Assembly: GCA_965221955.1 (NCBI GenBank)
Contig: CBDCTA010000029.1
Span: 96,001 to 160,000 of the forward strand
Direction: 5' to 3'
DNA length: 64,000 nucleotides
Source of the DNA: Gammaproteobacteria bacterium
GTDB lineage: Bacteria > Pseudomonadota > Gammaproteobacteria > UBA4575
The notes beneath the pieces are model-generated. The model saw only the letters and a program-made list of their open reading frames with translations, was not told the DNA's origin and did not search any database. Positions 1 to 10,937 of this stretch are shown one piece after another (position 1 is the first letter of the stretch; each line of letters opens with the position of its first letter). The position numbers were made by a program, and so were the translations under genes.

Positions 1-1338
1 CCAACCGGATGCACCCTCTTTAATGGCATCAAGCGCGCCAAGGTAGATTGCTGAAACAATTAATAATGCGCCGGAAAGTAATAAAATAATCGGTGCCGGT
101 AAAATTCTTTCTAACATCCAAATGGCTAAGGCTAAAAGCAATACACCAAACACAGCCTTGACTGCATCCATCCATGTCCCAGCTTTAGGTAAAATTTTTC
201 CTGCTGAGGTGCCAATGGCAAGTAAAGGTGCGCCCATACCCATGCTGAGTGCGAATAAAGCGATACCGCCAATAAGTGCATCACCAGTTTCGGCAATATA
301 AATAAGTGCACCAATTAATGGCGCAGTCACGCAAGGACCTACGATGAGTGCCGAGAGTAATCCCATTATGCCCGCGCCAACGTAAGAGCCTTGTTGTTGA
401 CCAGAACTAATGGAGTTGAGTTTAGATTGGATACCACTCGGCATTTGCAATTCATAAAAACCAAACATCGCTAGTGAAAGTAAAACAAAAATGCCTGCGA
501 ATACGCTAATTACCCAAGGGTTTTGAAACCATACTTGAATATTTTCACCTGATAATCCAACGATGACACCTGCAATGGTATACGTCACGGCCATGGCTAA
601 TACATATACCAGTGATAAAGAAAATGCTTTGGAAGTTGAAATGTCTTCCCCTTGTCCAACAATGATGCTGGATAAAATTGGAATCATCGGGAACACGCAT
701 GGTGTGAATGCAAGTAACAACCCTAAGCCAAAGAAGAAAAATACGGTAAACCAAAGTTTTCCAGAAGCTAATGTACCGGCAATTTTATCTTGCTCAGATT
801 GAAACTCAGCTCCCGTTGATGAAGAACTGGCAACACCCTCATCATTTTCTGTAGAGGTTGTAGCACTAACAGCATTAGAGCTTAAATCCACGCGAAGCGT
901 TTTAGTAATCGGCGGATAACATAAGCCTGCTTTGGCACAACCTTGATACTTAAAAATTAAATCTACTACATTCGTGTTGGCAGCTAATTTTTTAATCGGA
1001 ATGTCAGCGTTAAATTCATGATCAATACTTACAATTAATCCAAAGTATTCATCTTGTTTTTCCTTTCCTTCTGGAAGTGGAAGTTCGCCGAGTGCAATTT
1101 GAGATGCATCCGCAGGTGTAACACTGATTTTATCTTTATACAGATAATAACCGTCTTGAATCAGCCAATTAGTTTTGATGGTTTCCGCATCGCCTTGTTT
1201 GGCGGTGACAACAAAAGCAACGTCAGGGTCCAAAAATTCTTCTTCCTCCTCGCTTAAATTAGCAAGCGGGCTATCAGACCAAGCGGCTGTACTTAAAAAA
1301 GTAAAAAGTAGTAGTAGTGTTATGTGTGCAAATTTCAT
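1..1338 (-). CDS. dsbD: Protein-disulfide reductase DsbD (partial, runs off left edge)
   Basis: Not in ORF track. The minus frame starts at ATG 1338, overlapping the cutA stop (TGATG). It reads YQGCAKAGLCYPP, then LLLAFTPCVFPMIPI and LIVGPCVTAPL, which are DsbD motifs. Typical cutA-dsbD order. Confidence 0.92.
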   Translation of the reverse strand, partial: MKFAHITLLLLFTFLSTAAWSDSPLANLSEEEEEFLDPDVAFVVTAKQGDAETIKTNWLIQDGYYLYKDKISVTPADASQIALGELPLPEGKEKQDEYFGLIVSIDHEFNADIPIKKLAANTNVVDLIFKYQGCAKAGLCYPPITKTLRVDLSSNAVSATTSTENDEGVASSSSTGAEFQSEQDKIAGTLASGKLWFTVFFFFGLGLLLAFTPCVFPMIPILSSIIVGQGEDISTSKAFSLSLVYVLAMAVTYTIAGVIVGLSGENIQVWFQNPWVISVFAGIFVLLSLAMFGFYELQMPSGIQSKLNSISSGQQQGSYVGAGIMGLLSALIVGPCVTAPLIGALIYIAETGDALIGGIALFALSMGMGAPLLAIGTSAGKILPKAGTWMDAVKAVFGVLLLALAIWMLERILPAPIILLLSGALLIVSAIYLGALDAIKEGASGW

Positions 1339-1655
1339 CAAGCTGTATTCGTTGTTAACCATGCCAAGTATTTTTCTGAACCATTGTTGATTAGAGTTGA
1401 AATAATCTCGGGAAGTTCGTAGGGGTGTTGTTCTTGTATATACTTCTCAAGTTTTTGGTAGCATTTTTCGGTGGTTTTGATTACCGCTAAATGCTCGTTT
1501 TCCTTACAAAGTTGGTTCTCCCACATATAGGTCGATTGCCCCGCAGGCATAATATTTACACATGCCGCCAACTTTGCCTGCACCATTCCTTCTGCAAGCC
1601 GCTGAGCGGTGTCTATATCTGGAAAAGTGGTCAGTACAAGGATGGGCGAGCTCAT
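1338..1655 (-). CDS. cutA: Divalent-cation tolerance protein CutA
   Basis: LAACVNI, YMWEN and HPYELPEII motifs. Confidence 0.95.
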   Translation of the reverse strand: MSSPILVLTTFPDIDTAQRLAEGMVQAKLAACVNIMPAGQSTYMWENQLCKENEHLAVIKTTEKCYQKLEKYIQEQHPYELPEIISTLINNGSEKYLAWLTTNTA

Positions 1656-1691
1656 AATGGAATACCGGTATCGTTGCCTCTGAATTAACAG

Positions 1692-2264
1692 TTGAAGTTT
1701 GTGCCAGTTGACCCCATATTGCCAGCATCGCCCTTATCGAGAAACTATATGCCGCCGGTTCGTGTTCGTGTTTTTCCAATTTTGATGATCCTATTTTTGG
1801 TGATTCCGATTATTGAGATCTACCTACTAATCCAAGTTGGCAGCATGATTGGTGTGCTACCGACCATCGGGCTTGTAATATTGACCGCAATTATTGGTGC
1901 ATCCTTACTGCGTAGTCAGGGTTTGCAAACCTATATGCGTTTTAATCAATCACTTAGCCAAGGTAGAGTACCTGCTAATGAAATTCTCGAAGGGGTGGCC
2001 CTATTGGTAGGTGGTGCCTTGTTACTTACCCCTGGGTTTTTCACTGATATGATTGGTTTTTTCTGTTTACTGTCGATTACCAGAAGGCCTGTGGTGACCT
2101 TTATTGTGAATCGATTCAATCCCTTAGGGAATTTTTCGAGTGGCTCTTTTTCGGGATCCATTTCAGGAGTGGAGATGGGAGATCATCCATCGCGGCCCTC
2201 TCAAAGAGGTGGTTCTGGAAATGTCTATGAAGGTGAAGTGACTCAGCGTTCTAAAGATCACTAG
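1692..2264 (+). CDS. fxsA: FxsA family membrane protein (true start probably downstream, ~1749-1790)
   Basis: PIIEIYLLI..LLLTPGFFTD motifs; conserved position upstream of groES. Confidence 0.9.
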   Translation: MKFVPVDPILPASPLSRNYMPPVRVRVFPILMILFLVIPIIEIYLLIQVGSMIGVLPTIGLVILTAIIGASLLRSQGLQTYMRFNQSLSQGRVPANEILEGVALLVGGALLLTPGFFTDMIGFFCLLSITRRPVVTFIVNRFNPLGNFSSGSFSGSISGVEMGDHPSRPSQRGGSGNVYEGEVTQRSKDH

Positions 2265-2289
2265 TTAAGGGGTATTTCCTAGAAATTAC

Positions 2290-2343
2290 TTGACTTCAAG
2301 AAGCTCATTCGTATGATTAGCACTCATTAACTGAGAGTGCTAA
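2290..2343 (+). promoter_or_regulatory. Sigma70-type promoter plus CIRCE operator (HrcA site) of groESL
   Basis: TTGACT 2290-2295 and TATGAT 2312-2317; perfect TTAGCACTC-N9-GAGTGCTAA at 2317-2343. Confidence 0.95.
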
Positions 2344-2409
2344 CAATAAAAGTACTCCATAGAAATACCATTTAAATTTATATATTTAACCTTAATTTAG
2401 GAGGCTTCG

Positions 2410-2697
2410 ATGAAGTTACGTCCTTTGCACGACCGAGTGGTCGTTAAACGTATGGAAGAAGAACGCACAAGTCCTGGAGGGATTGTGATTCCAGACTCTG
2501 CAACTGAAAAACCTATCAAAGGCAAAGTGATTGCAGTAGGTAATGGCAAAGTTACCGATAGTGGAGAGATTCGAAAGTTAGATGTTAAGAAAGGTGACGA
2601 AGTCTTATTTGGTAAGTACTCCGGCACTGAAGTAAAAGTTGATGGCGATGAATTATTAGTGATGCGTGAAGACGACATCATGGCAGTTGTCGAATAA
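2410..2697 (+). CDS. groES: Co-chaperonin GroES
   Basis: [28 protein letters not shown]. Confidence 0.99.
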   Translation: MKLRPLHDRVVVKRMEEERTSPGGIVIPDSATEKPIKGKVIAVGNGKVTDSGEIRKLDVKKGDEVLFGKYSGTEVKVDGDELLVMREDDIMAVVE

Positions 2698-2745
2698 GTA
2701 TCATCAACATATTTTTTAATTTTAAAAAGTTTTTAACGCATTTAG

Positions 2746-4407
<1,662 letters not shown>

Positions 4408-4435
4408 TCAATTCTTCTCATATTTTCTCGTAGTG

Positions 4436-4463
4436 AAAGGCCTCGCAATGCGAGGCCTTTTTT
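4436..4463 (+). terminator. Rho-independent terminator after groEL
   Basis: AAAGGCCTCGC-AAT-GCGAGGCCTTT followed by a T run. Confidence 0.9.
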
Positions 4464-4506
4464 ATGCATGTGAGAAAAAGAATACCAACAAATATTTTTT
4501 CTTGAC

Positions 4507-4547
4507 TATTGTACCAATCGGTATATATTGTACCAATCAGTACAATA
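4507..4547 (+). promoter_or_regulatory. Tandem TetR-type operators overlapping the promoter of the DUF1348 operon
   Basis: Two adjacent imperfect palindromes, TATTGTACCAATCGGTATATA and TATTGTACCAATCAGTACAATA, just after a TTGACT -35 hexamer; TetR gene in the operon. Confidence 0.7.
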
Positions 4548-4565
4548 ATAACAGGAGAGATCACA

Positions 4566-5036
4566 ATGCCCGAAGAAAGACCTCCATTCCCACCTTTTAG
4601 TGAAGAAGACGCGAAAAAGAAAGTACGTATGGCAGAAAATGCGTGGAATTTACAAGACCCAGAAAAAATTGCACTTGCCTATTCACCTGATAGCCGTTGG
4701 CGAAATCGCGCAGAATTTTTTAATGGACGTGATGAAATCGTTGCATTTTTAAAACGCAAGTGGGCGCGAGAATTAGATTATAGGTTGATTAAAGAACTTT
4801 GGACGTATAACGGTAATCGTATTGCCGTGCGTTTTCAGTATGAGTATCACGATGATTCCGGTAATTGGTTTCGTGCACATGGTAATGAAAACTGGGAGTT
4901 TAATGACAAAGGTCTAATGCAACGTCGTGAAGCGAGTATCAATGATGTGCCAATAATAGAATCAGAGCGAAAGTTTTTATGGCCACAAGGTGCCCGCCCA
5001 GAAGATCATCCAGGGCTTACAGAGTTAGGTTTGTAG
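4566..5036 (+). CDS. DUF1348 / NTF2(SnoaL)-like protein
   Basis: [38 protein letters not shown]; AGGAGA RBS before ATG 4566. Confidence 0.88.
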   Translation: MPEERPPFPPFSEEDAKKKVRMAENAWNLQDPEKIALAYSPDSRWRNRAEFFNGRDEIVAFLKRKWARELDYRLIKELWTYNGNRIAVRFQYEYHDDSGNWFRAHGNENWEFNDKGLMQRREASINDVPIIESERKFLWPQGARPEDHPGLTELGL

Positions 5037-5039
5037 CAT

Positions 5040-5609
5040 ATGCCAAAAGTCATTGCTGAACGAAGCGATGTCGTACCTGCGCTTGGAGAAATTTTTAGAG
5101 AGTATGGTTTTGCAGGTGCATCGCTTTCAGAAATAACTGATCGAACCGGTCTTGGTAAAGGCAGTCTGTATCATTTTTTTCCACAAGGAAAAACAGAAAT
5201 GGCAGAGGCTGTGCTGGATGATATTGATAGTTGGTTTGAAGATAATGTGTTTACGCCATTGCGTGAAACAGAAGATTCAGTTGCAAGTATTCGATTAATG
5301 TTTAATGAAGTGAATCGGTATTTCAGCTCTGGCAAGCGCATATGTTTAGTCGGTGCATTTGCACTCGACCAGACTCGTGATCAATTTTCAGAGAAAGTCA
5401 GTAACTATTTCAAAGTTTGGATTGATTCGCTTGCGAGTGCCCTGACACGATGTGGTTTAGCAAAAAAAGATGCTAAGTTAATTGCAGAAGAGGTGGTCGG
5501 TGGAATTCAAGGAGCACTTGTGTTGGCAAGGTCACAAGACGATGCAAAAATTTTCACACGTTCAATAAAACGTCTTAAAAAAAGAATTTTGGAAACCATT
5601 AATGGCTGA
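5040..5609 (+). CDS. TetR/AcrR family regulator (LmrA/YxaF-like)
   Basis: N-terminal HTH GFAGASLSEI..GLGKGSLYHFFP. Confidence 0.92.
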   Translation: MPKVIAERSDVVPALGEIFREYGFAGASLSEITDRTGLGKGSLYHFFPQGKTEMAEAVLDDIDSWFEDNVFTPLRETEDSVASIRLMFNEVNRYFSSGKRICLVGAFALDQTRDQFSEKVSNYFKVWIDSLASALTRCGLAKKDAKLIAEEVVGGIQGALVLARSQDDAKIFTRSIKRLKKRILETING

Positions 5610-6384
5610 GTTATTGAAAAATCATCATTGTTCATCGCAAATTGATGAGTTACACAGACAATTATCTAATCACAAGTTATATTGCATGATTGATACAAAA
5701 GAAAAACTCAAAATATTCATGCAGCATCATGTGTATGCGGTATGGGATTTCATGTCTTTGATCAAAGCTCTGCAAAATCACTTTTCACCTATCACATTGC
5801 CGTGGATACCTCCAAAAAATGCGCGTTATGCAAATTTTATTAATCAACTCGTGCTTGAAGAAGAGTCTGATTACGCATTAACGGATTCATCAAGCTCAAC
5901 GCACGCAAGTCATTTTGAAAGTTATCTTCTCGCAATGGAAGAAATTGGGGCTGATACCCAAGCGATTACTTCATTTGTTAATGCGGTGAGTAATAGAGGT
6001 CTTGATGCAGGATTGAAAATGCCAAGTGTTCCTGAACCAGCTAAACAATTCATGCGATTCACATTTGAACTGATTGAACAAAACAAATCGTATCTCCTAG
6101 CAGCCGCTCTAGCATACGGTAGAGAAGACCTCGTGCCTCAATTGTTTCGATCCTTACAAGATGGAATGCATATAAATTCTCAGGTGGCGCCAAATCTATA
6201 TGCTTATATGCAACGCCATATTCAGCTCGATGGTGAAGAGCACGGACCTCTCGCTATTCAACTTTTAAATGAACTTTGTGAAGATTCAAACCAAAAGCAT
6301 TCTGCAGTCGCGAATGCGGCTGAACGTGCATTGGCGGTCAGGCTGGATTTTTGGGATGGTATTCAAAGTGCACTTCAACACTAA
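5602..6384 (+). CDS. DUF3050 family heme-oxygenase-like protein
   Basis: HVYAVWDFMSL, EEESD, SHFESY and RHIQLDGEEHG metal-ligand motifs. Confidence 0.85.
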   Translation: MAELLKNHHCSSQIDELHRQLSNHKLYCMIDTKEKLKIFMQHHVYAVWDFMSLIKALQNHFSPITLPWIPPKNARYANFINQLVLEEESDYALTDSSSSTHASHFESYLLAMEEIGADTQAITSFVNAVSNRGLDAGLKMPSVPEPAKQFMRFTFELIEQNKSYLLAAALAYGREDLVPQLFRSLQDGMHINSQVAPNLYAYMQRHIQLDGEEHGPLAIQLLNELCEDSNQKHSAVANAAERALAVRLDFWDGIQSALQH

Positions 6385-6411
6385 GTGTTAGTGCCTTTTG
6401 GGAGATAAAAC

Positions 6412-6999
6412 ATGAGAGAGTTTATAAGCGACATTGCATTTACCGATACGGTTAAAAAGATTCAAGAACAAAAAGGCTCTAGAACCATCTATGAACGCGC
6501 AGAAGAATTTGGTGGTTGGGAAAATATCGTAACAACTAAATTAAAAAAGTTTCTCGCTGAACGAGATTCTTTTTATATGTCTACAGTTAATAGTGAAGGC
6601 TATCCTTATATACAACATCGAGGTGGACCGAAAGGATTTTTGAAAGTAATTGATAAACACACCTTAGGGTTCGCCGATTTTTCAGGGAACCGTCAATATA
6701 TTTCTTATGGAAACTTAGAAGATAATAACAAGGTCTGTTTATTTTTTATGGATTATCCCAACAGGATGCGTATAAAACTTTGGGGCACTGCTGAAATAAA
6801 TGAAGAAGACAAAACATTAATTAATGAGCTCACGGTATCAGGATATAAAGCTATTGTTGAGCGTGCGTACCTTATTCATGTAGAAGCGTGGGACCGAAAT
6901 TGTCCTCAGCACATAGTGCCTAGATATACAAAACAAGAAATCGAAGATTTAGAGGTTTGTACTGGATGTGAACCTGAGCACAAGGATGTGCGAATATGA
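6412..6999 (+). CDS. Pyridoxamine 5'-phosphate oxidase-like FMN-binding protein
   Basis: PYIQHRGGPKGF, ADFSGNRQYIS and NCPQHI motifs. Confidence 0.88.
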   Translation: MREFISDIAFTDTVKKIQEQKGSRTIYERAEEFGGWENIVTTKLKKFLAERDSFYMSTVNSEGYPYIQHRGGPKGFLKVIDKHTLGFADFSGNRQYISYGNLEDNNKVCLFFMDYPNRMRIKLWGTAEINEEDKTLINELTVSGYKAIVERAYLIHVEAWDRNCPQHIVPRYTKQEIEDLEVCTGCEPEHKDVRI

Positions 7000-7027
7000 G
7001 TAGCGTCTTGGATGATGCGAACAGATT
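6975..7027 (+). repeat. Twin GGA-hairpin leader repeat, copy L1
   Basis: TGAGCACAAGGATGTGCGAATATGAGTAGCGTCTTGGATGATGC..CAGATT; 33/44 identical by hand to 36279-36322. Confidence 0.75.
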
Positions 7028-7084
7028 AGAGTTAGGTAAGTTAAAATGATGCACAGGTTGGGAAATTCTAATCAGATTAATAAA

Positions 7085-7112
7085 ATGACTGCTAACGACC
7101 CAAAGCGGACAT
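7085..7112 (+). repeat. 28-bp palindrome, type B
   Basis: ATGACTGCTAACGACCCAAAGCGGACAT; GGTTGG ends 24 bp upstream, as in the array junctions. Confidence 0.9.
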
Positions 7113-7132
7113 TCTCAGGTTCCTAGTTATCA

Positions 7133-7402
7133 ATGAAAGATTTTTCAGTAGCAATATTAATTGGGCTTCTCGTCATTTCTTTACTAGGTATTGGCATAAG
7201 CTATTTTATTTCCATGCTTACAATGATATCTAATCACGATGAAGACAAAGGGTTAGTTATATTAAATTTTTTTCCTGTGTTTAAAACAGATACATTGAAC
7301 GAGAAAGGTGAAAAGGCAAGACGGGTATATAATAAATCGTTATTGGCATTTGCGATTTGGCTAATTGTCGCTTTAGCTTGCTATGTGGTTTTTAATTCTT
7401 AA
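7133..7402 (+). CDS. Small two-TM hypothetical protein (cassette cargo)
   Basis: 89 aa, two hydrophobic segments; sits between a B and an A palindrome. Confidence 0.7.
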   Translation: MKDFSVAILIGLLVISLLGIGISYFISMLTMISNHDEDKGLVILNFFPVFKTDTLNEKGEKARRVYNKSLLAFAIWLIVALACYVVFNS

Positions 7403-7430
7403 ATGTCTGCTATTGGCCGAATGCGGACAT
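7403..7430 (+). repeat. 28-bp palindrome, type A
   Basis: ATGTCTGCTATTGGCCGAATGCGGACAT directly after the TAA of the cargo ORF. Confidence 0.9.
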
Positions 7431-7456
7431 TAATTATAAAAAATTTAAAATAAATT

Positions 7457-8005
7457 ATGCGAGTTGATCCAGTCAGTCATTTAATTGTGGGAGTGCGGTA
7501 TGTACCCTCTCCAAATTTTGATGAGCGACCTGCGGGTACGCAACTATCTTTAATTGTAGTTCATAACATTAGTTTGCCACCGAATGAATTTGGTGGCACT
7601 TACATAGAGCAGTTATTCACGAACCAGCTTGATCCAAATGATCACCCTTACTTTGCTAAAATTGCAGACAAAAAAGTTTCCGCACATATCTTAATTAGAA
7701 GAAATGGCAGCATGGTGCAATTTGTGCCTTTCAACATGCGTGCTTGGCATGCAGGTGAATCGAACTACAAAGGTAAACCGCGTAGTAATGATTATTCGAT
7801 TGGAATCGAATTGGAAGGTGCGGATGAAATACCCTATGAGCTTGAACAATATGCGGTGTTGGCAAGTTTAGTAGATTCACTTCGAATGGCGTACCCGTCT
7901 TTAACGAAAGAAAACCTTGCTGGACATTCTGATATCGCGCCTGGTAGAAAGAGCGATCCTGGCCTAGCATTTAACTGGAAAAAGTTTCGAGATCTTTTGG
8001 CCTAA
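7457..8005 (+). CDS. ampD: 1,6-anhydro-N-acetylmuramyl-L-alanine amidase AmpD
   Basis: SPNFDERP, HNISLPP, RAWHAGES and GHSDIAPGRKSDPG. Confidence 0.96.
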   Translation: MRVDPVSHLIVGVRYVPSPNFDERPAGTQLSLIVVHNISLPPNEFGGTYIEQLFTNQLDPNDHPYFAKIADKKVSAHILIRRNGSMVQFVPFNMRAWHAGESNYKGKPRSNDYSIGIELEGADEIPYELEQYAVLASLVDSLRMAYPSLTKENLAGHSDIAPGRKSDPGLAFNWKKFRDLLA

Positions 8006-8056
8006 GACTTTCTCCTAGCATTTAACTGGAAAACGTTTCGAGATCTTTTGGCTTAA
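7963..8056 (+). repeat. 43-bp direct duplication of the ampD 3' end
   Basis: 7963-8005 vs 8014-8056, 41/43 identical, 8-bp spacer. Confidence 0.9.
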
Positions 8057-8066
8057 TCAATCATTT

Positions 8067-8753
8067 TTAAACGAGTTGCCATGCTTTGTCGATTAACCCT
8101 TCTATTGGCTTGAAATTCTTTTTATAACTCATTTTACGGCACTCTTTGATCCAATAACCTAGGTATAAATAATCGAGGGTTTGTGTTTTTGCATGTTCAA
8201 TGAGCTTTAGAATTGCGAGTGTGCCTAAGCCACGATTTTGAAATTCTGTAGCATAATAGGTGTATGCGGCCGATAGGCCTTGTGGCAAGCAATCAAATAC
8301 GGCAACACAAATTAATTTTCCGTTTAGACGAAATTCCATAAACTGTGTGTCCGACCAGGTACCGAGAATGAATTCTTCATAGTCTTGCTGGGTCGATAAT
8401 GTCATTGGGCTTTCATTATGCCGGTCTTGTAAATATCGCTTATACAGTTCGAAGTGCTCATCTAGAAACTGTTTTTCAATAATCTGTATTTCTAGATCTT
8501 GATTGCGTTTTAAAGTGCGTTGTTGAGAACGGTTAGGTTTAAAGTTTTTCACATCAACCCTAGTTGGAATACAGGCTTTACAATCAGGACATTGTGGGCG
8601 GTACAAATGACTGCCATTGCGTCGAAAACCATGATCAATTAACCAGCTATAAGTGCGTGTGGATATTTCCTTATTTGGGTCAGCGAATATGTTGATGCTG
8701 TATCGATTGGGTAAATAACCACAGGGATGCACGGGGGTTTGATAAAAATCCAT
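8067..8753 (-). CDS. Arginyl-tRNA-protein transferase family (Bpt/ATE-like aspartate/glutamate leucyltransferase)
   Basis: HPCGYLP, GFRRNG..YRPQCPDCKAC and YLYLGYWI..KMSYK. Confidence 0.9.
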   Translation of the reverse strand: MDFYQTPVHPCGYLPNRYSINIFADPNKEISTRTYSWLIDHGFRRNGSHLYRPQCPDCKACIPTRVDVKNFKPNRSQQRTLKRNQDLEIQIIEKQFLDEHFELYKRYLQDRHNESPMTLSTQQDYEEFILGTWSDTQFMEFRLNGKLICVAVFDCLPQGLSAAYTYYATEFQNRGLGTLAILKLIEHAKTQTLDYLYLGYWIKECRKMSYKKNFKPIEGLIDKAWQLV

Positions 8754-8817
8754 GTGAATATTATTTACCCGCTATACTGTTAGATTCAATACTTAGATAA
8801 CAAGAATACGAAAATTC

Positions 8818-10419
8818 ATGTACCAGCAACTGCACGATACCTTAACTGCTATAGATAAGGATCAACAACTGAGTCTATTAGCAAGCGGTAGTATAGGTTT
8901 GGAGAAAGAATCTCTGCGTGTGGATAAAAATGGCAAGCTATCTCAGTTGCAACATCCATCAAGTTTAGGTTCTGCATTAACCAATCCTTATATCACTACC
9001 GATTACTCTGAAGCATTGCTTGAACTCATTACGCCGCCTTTACAGGGAGTTACAAAAGCGCGTACATTTTTAGAGAAGATTCATCAATTTGTATATACCC
9101 AAATTAAAGATGAATACATTTGGAGTGCAAGCATGCCCTGTGTGGTAGCAGGTGATGACGGTATCCCCATTGCACAATATGGAAACTCTAATCTAGGCAT
9201 GATGAAGACGGTATATCGGCGGGGATTAGGGTATCGCTACGGGAAAATGATGCAAGCGATTGCCGGTGTACATTTTAATTATTCCTTGCATGAAGATTTT
9301 TGGCCGTATTACCAGTCACTATGCAATCAAGAGCATGTGGTGTTGCAAGATTTTATTTCAGATCAGTATATGGGCTTGATTCGTAACATCCAACGTTATG
9401 GCTGGTTAATTTTTTATTTATTTGGAAGCTCTCCAGCAATATGCAAATCCTTTTTAAGTGGGCAACCTGGTGAACTTGAAAGATTTGATGAAAACACTTA
9501 TTACCTTCCGTATGCGACAACTTTACGTATGGGAGACATCGGATACACGAATAAAAAAGAAAATGAAACAGGTGTGCAAGCTTGTTATGACAGTTTGTCT
9601 TCGTATATAAAATGTTTGACTAAAGCCATCGAAACGCCGTGTCCAGAATATGAAAAAATTGGTGTCAAAGTGGGTGGTGAATATAGGCAACTGAATGCGA
9701 ATATTTTGCAGATAGAAAACGAGTACTACAGTACGATTCGGCCAAAACAACCTTTGGTTAAAAACGAAAAGCCTGTGCATGCCTTGGCGCAGCGAGGTGT
9801 TCAATATATAGAGCTTAGATCCTTAGATCTGAATCTATACGATTCTTTGGGTGTGAGTGAATCGCAATTGTATTTTTTGGAAGCGTTTATGTTGTTTTGT
9901 TTGTTACAAAAAAGCCCCTTAATTAATCAAGATGAGCGCGAGGCGGTAAAAGATAATGAAACCAAGGTTGCTCACCAAGGTCGTGATCCTGATTTAACAC
10001 TTTCAAGAGTGAATCAACAAGATTCTCTGCAAGATTGGGCGGGAGAGCTCTTGCATGAGATGCAAGCGATATGTTTCATTCTTGATGAGCAGGACAACTC
10101 AGATTGCTATAGTCAGGCATTGCAAGAACAACTGGCTGCAGTTGAAGACGTGGATCTAACACCTTCAGCGAGAGTACTACAGGACATGCATGAAAATAAT
10201 GAGTGTTTTTTTGAATTTTCAAGACGAGTATCCAAACAATACGAAAAACAATTGCGCAACAGTGTGTTAAGTGAAAAAGACCTAAACTTTTTCCAAACGA
10301 GCGTACGACAGTCGGTCGAAAAACAACGACAAATTGAGGCCTCAGACACACAAACATTCGATCAATTCCTGCACAATTATTTCACAAACACACTATCTGA
10401 ACAGGAAGTGGTGATATGA
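8818..10419 (+). CDS. gshA: Glutamate--cysteine ligase
   Basis: GLEKESLRV, ITTDYSEALLELITP and LQIENEYYSTIRPK. Confidence 0.96.
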   Translation: MYQQLHDTLTAIDKDQQLSLLASGSIGLEKESLRVDKNGKLSQLQHPSSLGSALTNPYITTDYSEALLELITPPLQGVTKARTFLEKIHQFVYTQIKDEYIWSASMPCVVAGDDGIPIAQYGNSNLGMMKTVYRRGLGYRYGKMMQAIAGVHFNYSLHEDFWPYYQSLCNQEHVVLQDFISDQYMGLIRNIQRYGWLIFYLFGSSPAICKSFLSGQPGELERFDENTYYLPYATTLRMGDIGYTNKKENETGVQACYDSLSSYIKCLTKAIETPCPEYEKIGVKVGGEYRQLNANILQIENEYYSTIRPKQPLVKNEKPVHALAQRGVQYIELRSLDLNLYDSLGVSESQLYFLEAFMLFCLLQKSPLINQDEREAVKDNETKVAHQGRDPDLTLSRVNQQDSLQDWAGELLHEMQAICFILDEQDNSDCYSQALQEQLAAVEDVDLTPSARVLQDMHENNECFFEFSRRVSKQYEKQLRNSVLSEKDLNFFQTSVRQSVEKQRQIEASDTQTFDQFLHNYFTNTLSEQEVVI

Positions 10420-10880
10420 GTAGAGTTGGAACGTTTGTAGCAGTATTACTGGGTTTACTTTTTCTAGGCAGTACTGCACATGCAGAAATTTTCAAATGGG
10501 TCGATGCGAATGGCAAAGTTCATTACAGTGACCGCAAAATGAATACCCAAGCGCAAAAGTTAGATGTGGAAACAGGTGCTGCTTCTCTTGGCCAAGATTT
10601 AAACACTGTAGAACAACGTTTAATGCAACAGCAAAAATATGTGAATTATTTGCAGGCAGAACGTTTAGAACGCCAGGAAAAAAGACAAGAGGCCCAACAA
10701 GCTTCTGATAAAAAGAAAAAGCTTTGTTCAAAGCTACAAGACCAACTTAAGAACTTTACTCAAGGAAATTACCGTTGGTATGAGTTAGATGAAACATCAG
10801 GCGAAAGAAAATATTTATCTGATGATCGAATCGAAGCTAAAAAAGAAAAACTACAATCTGAAATAGCAGTTAATTGCTGA
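10416..10880 (+). CDS. DUF4124 domain secreted protein
   Basis: Signal peptide followed by IFKWVDANGKVHYSD. Confidence 0.85.
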   Translation: MSRVGTFVAVLLGLLFLGSTAHAEIFKWVDANGKVHYSDRKMNTQAQKLDVETGAASLGQDLNTVEQRLMQQQKYVNYLQAERLERQEKRQEAQQASDKKKKLCSKLQDQLKNFTQGNYRWYELDETSGERKYLSDDRIEAKKEKLQSEIAVNC

Positions 10881-10888
10881 ATCTAAAA

Positions 10889-10916
10889 ATATGCTGGGTG
10901 CAACCACCCAGCATAT
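10889..10916. terminator. Hairpin terminator between convergent genes
   Basis: ATATGCTGGGTG-CAAC-CACCCAGCATAT. Confidence 0.75.
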
Positions 10917-10937
10917 CTCTCTCAACTAATAATCAGC

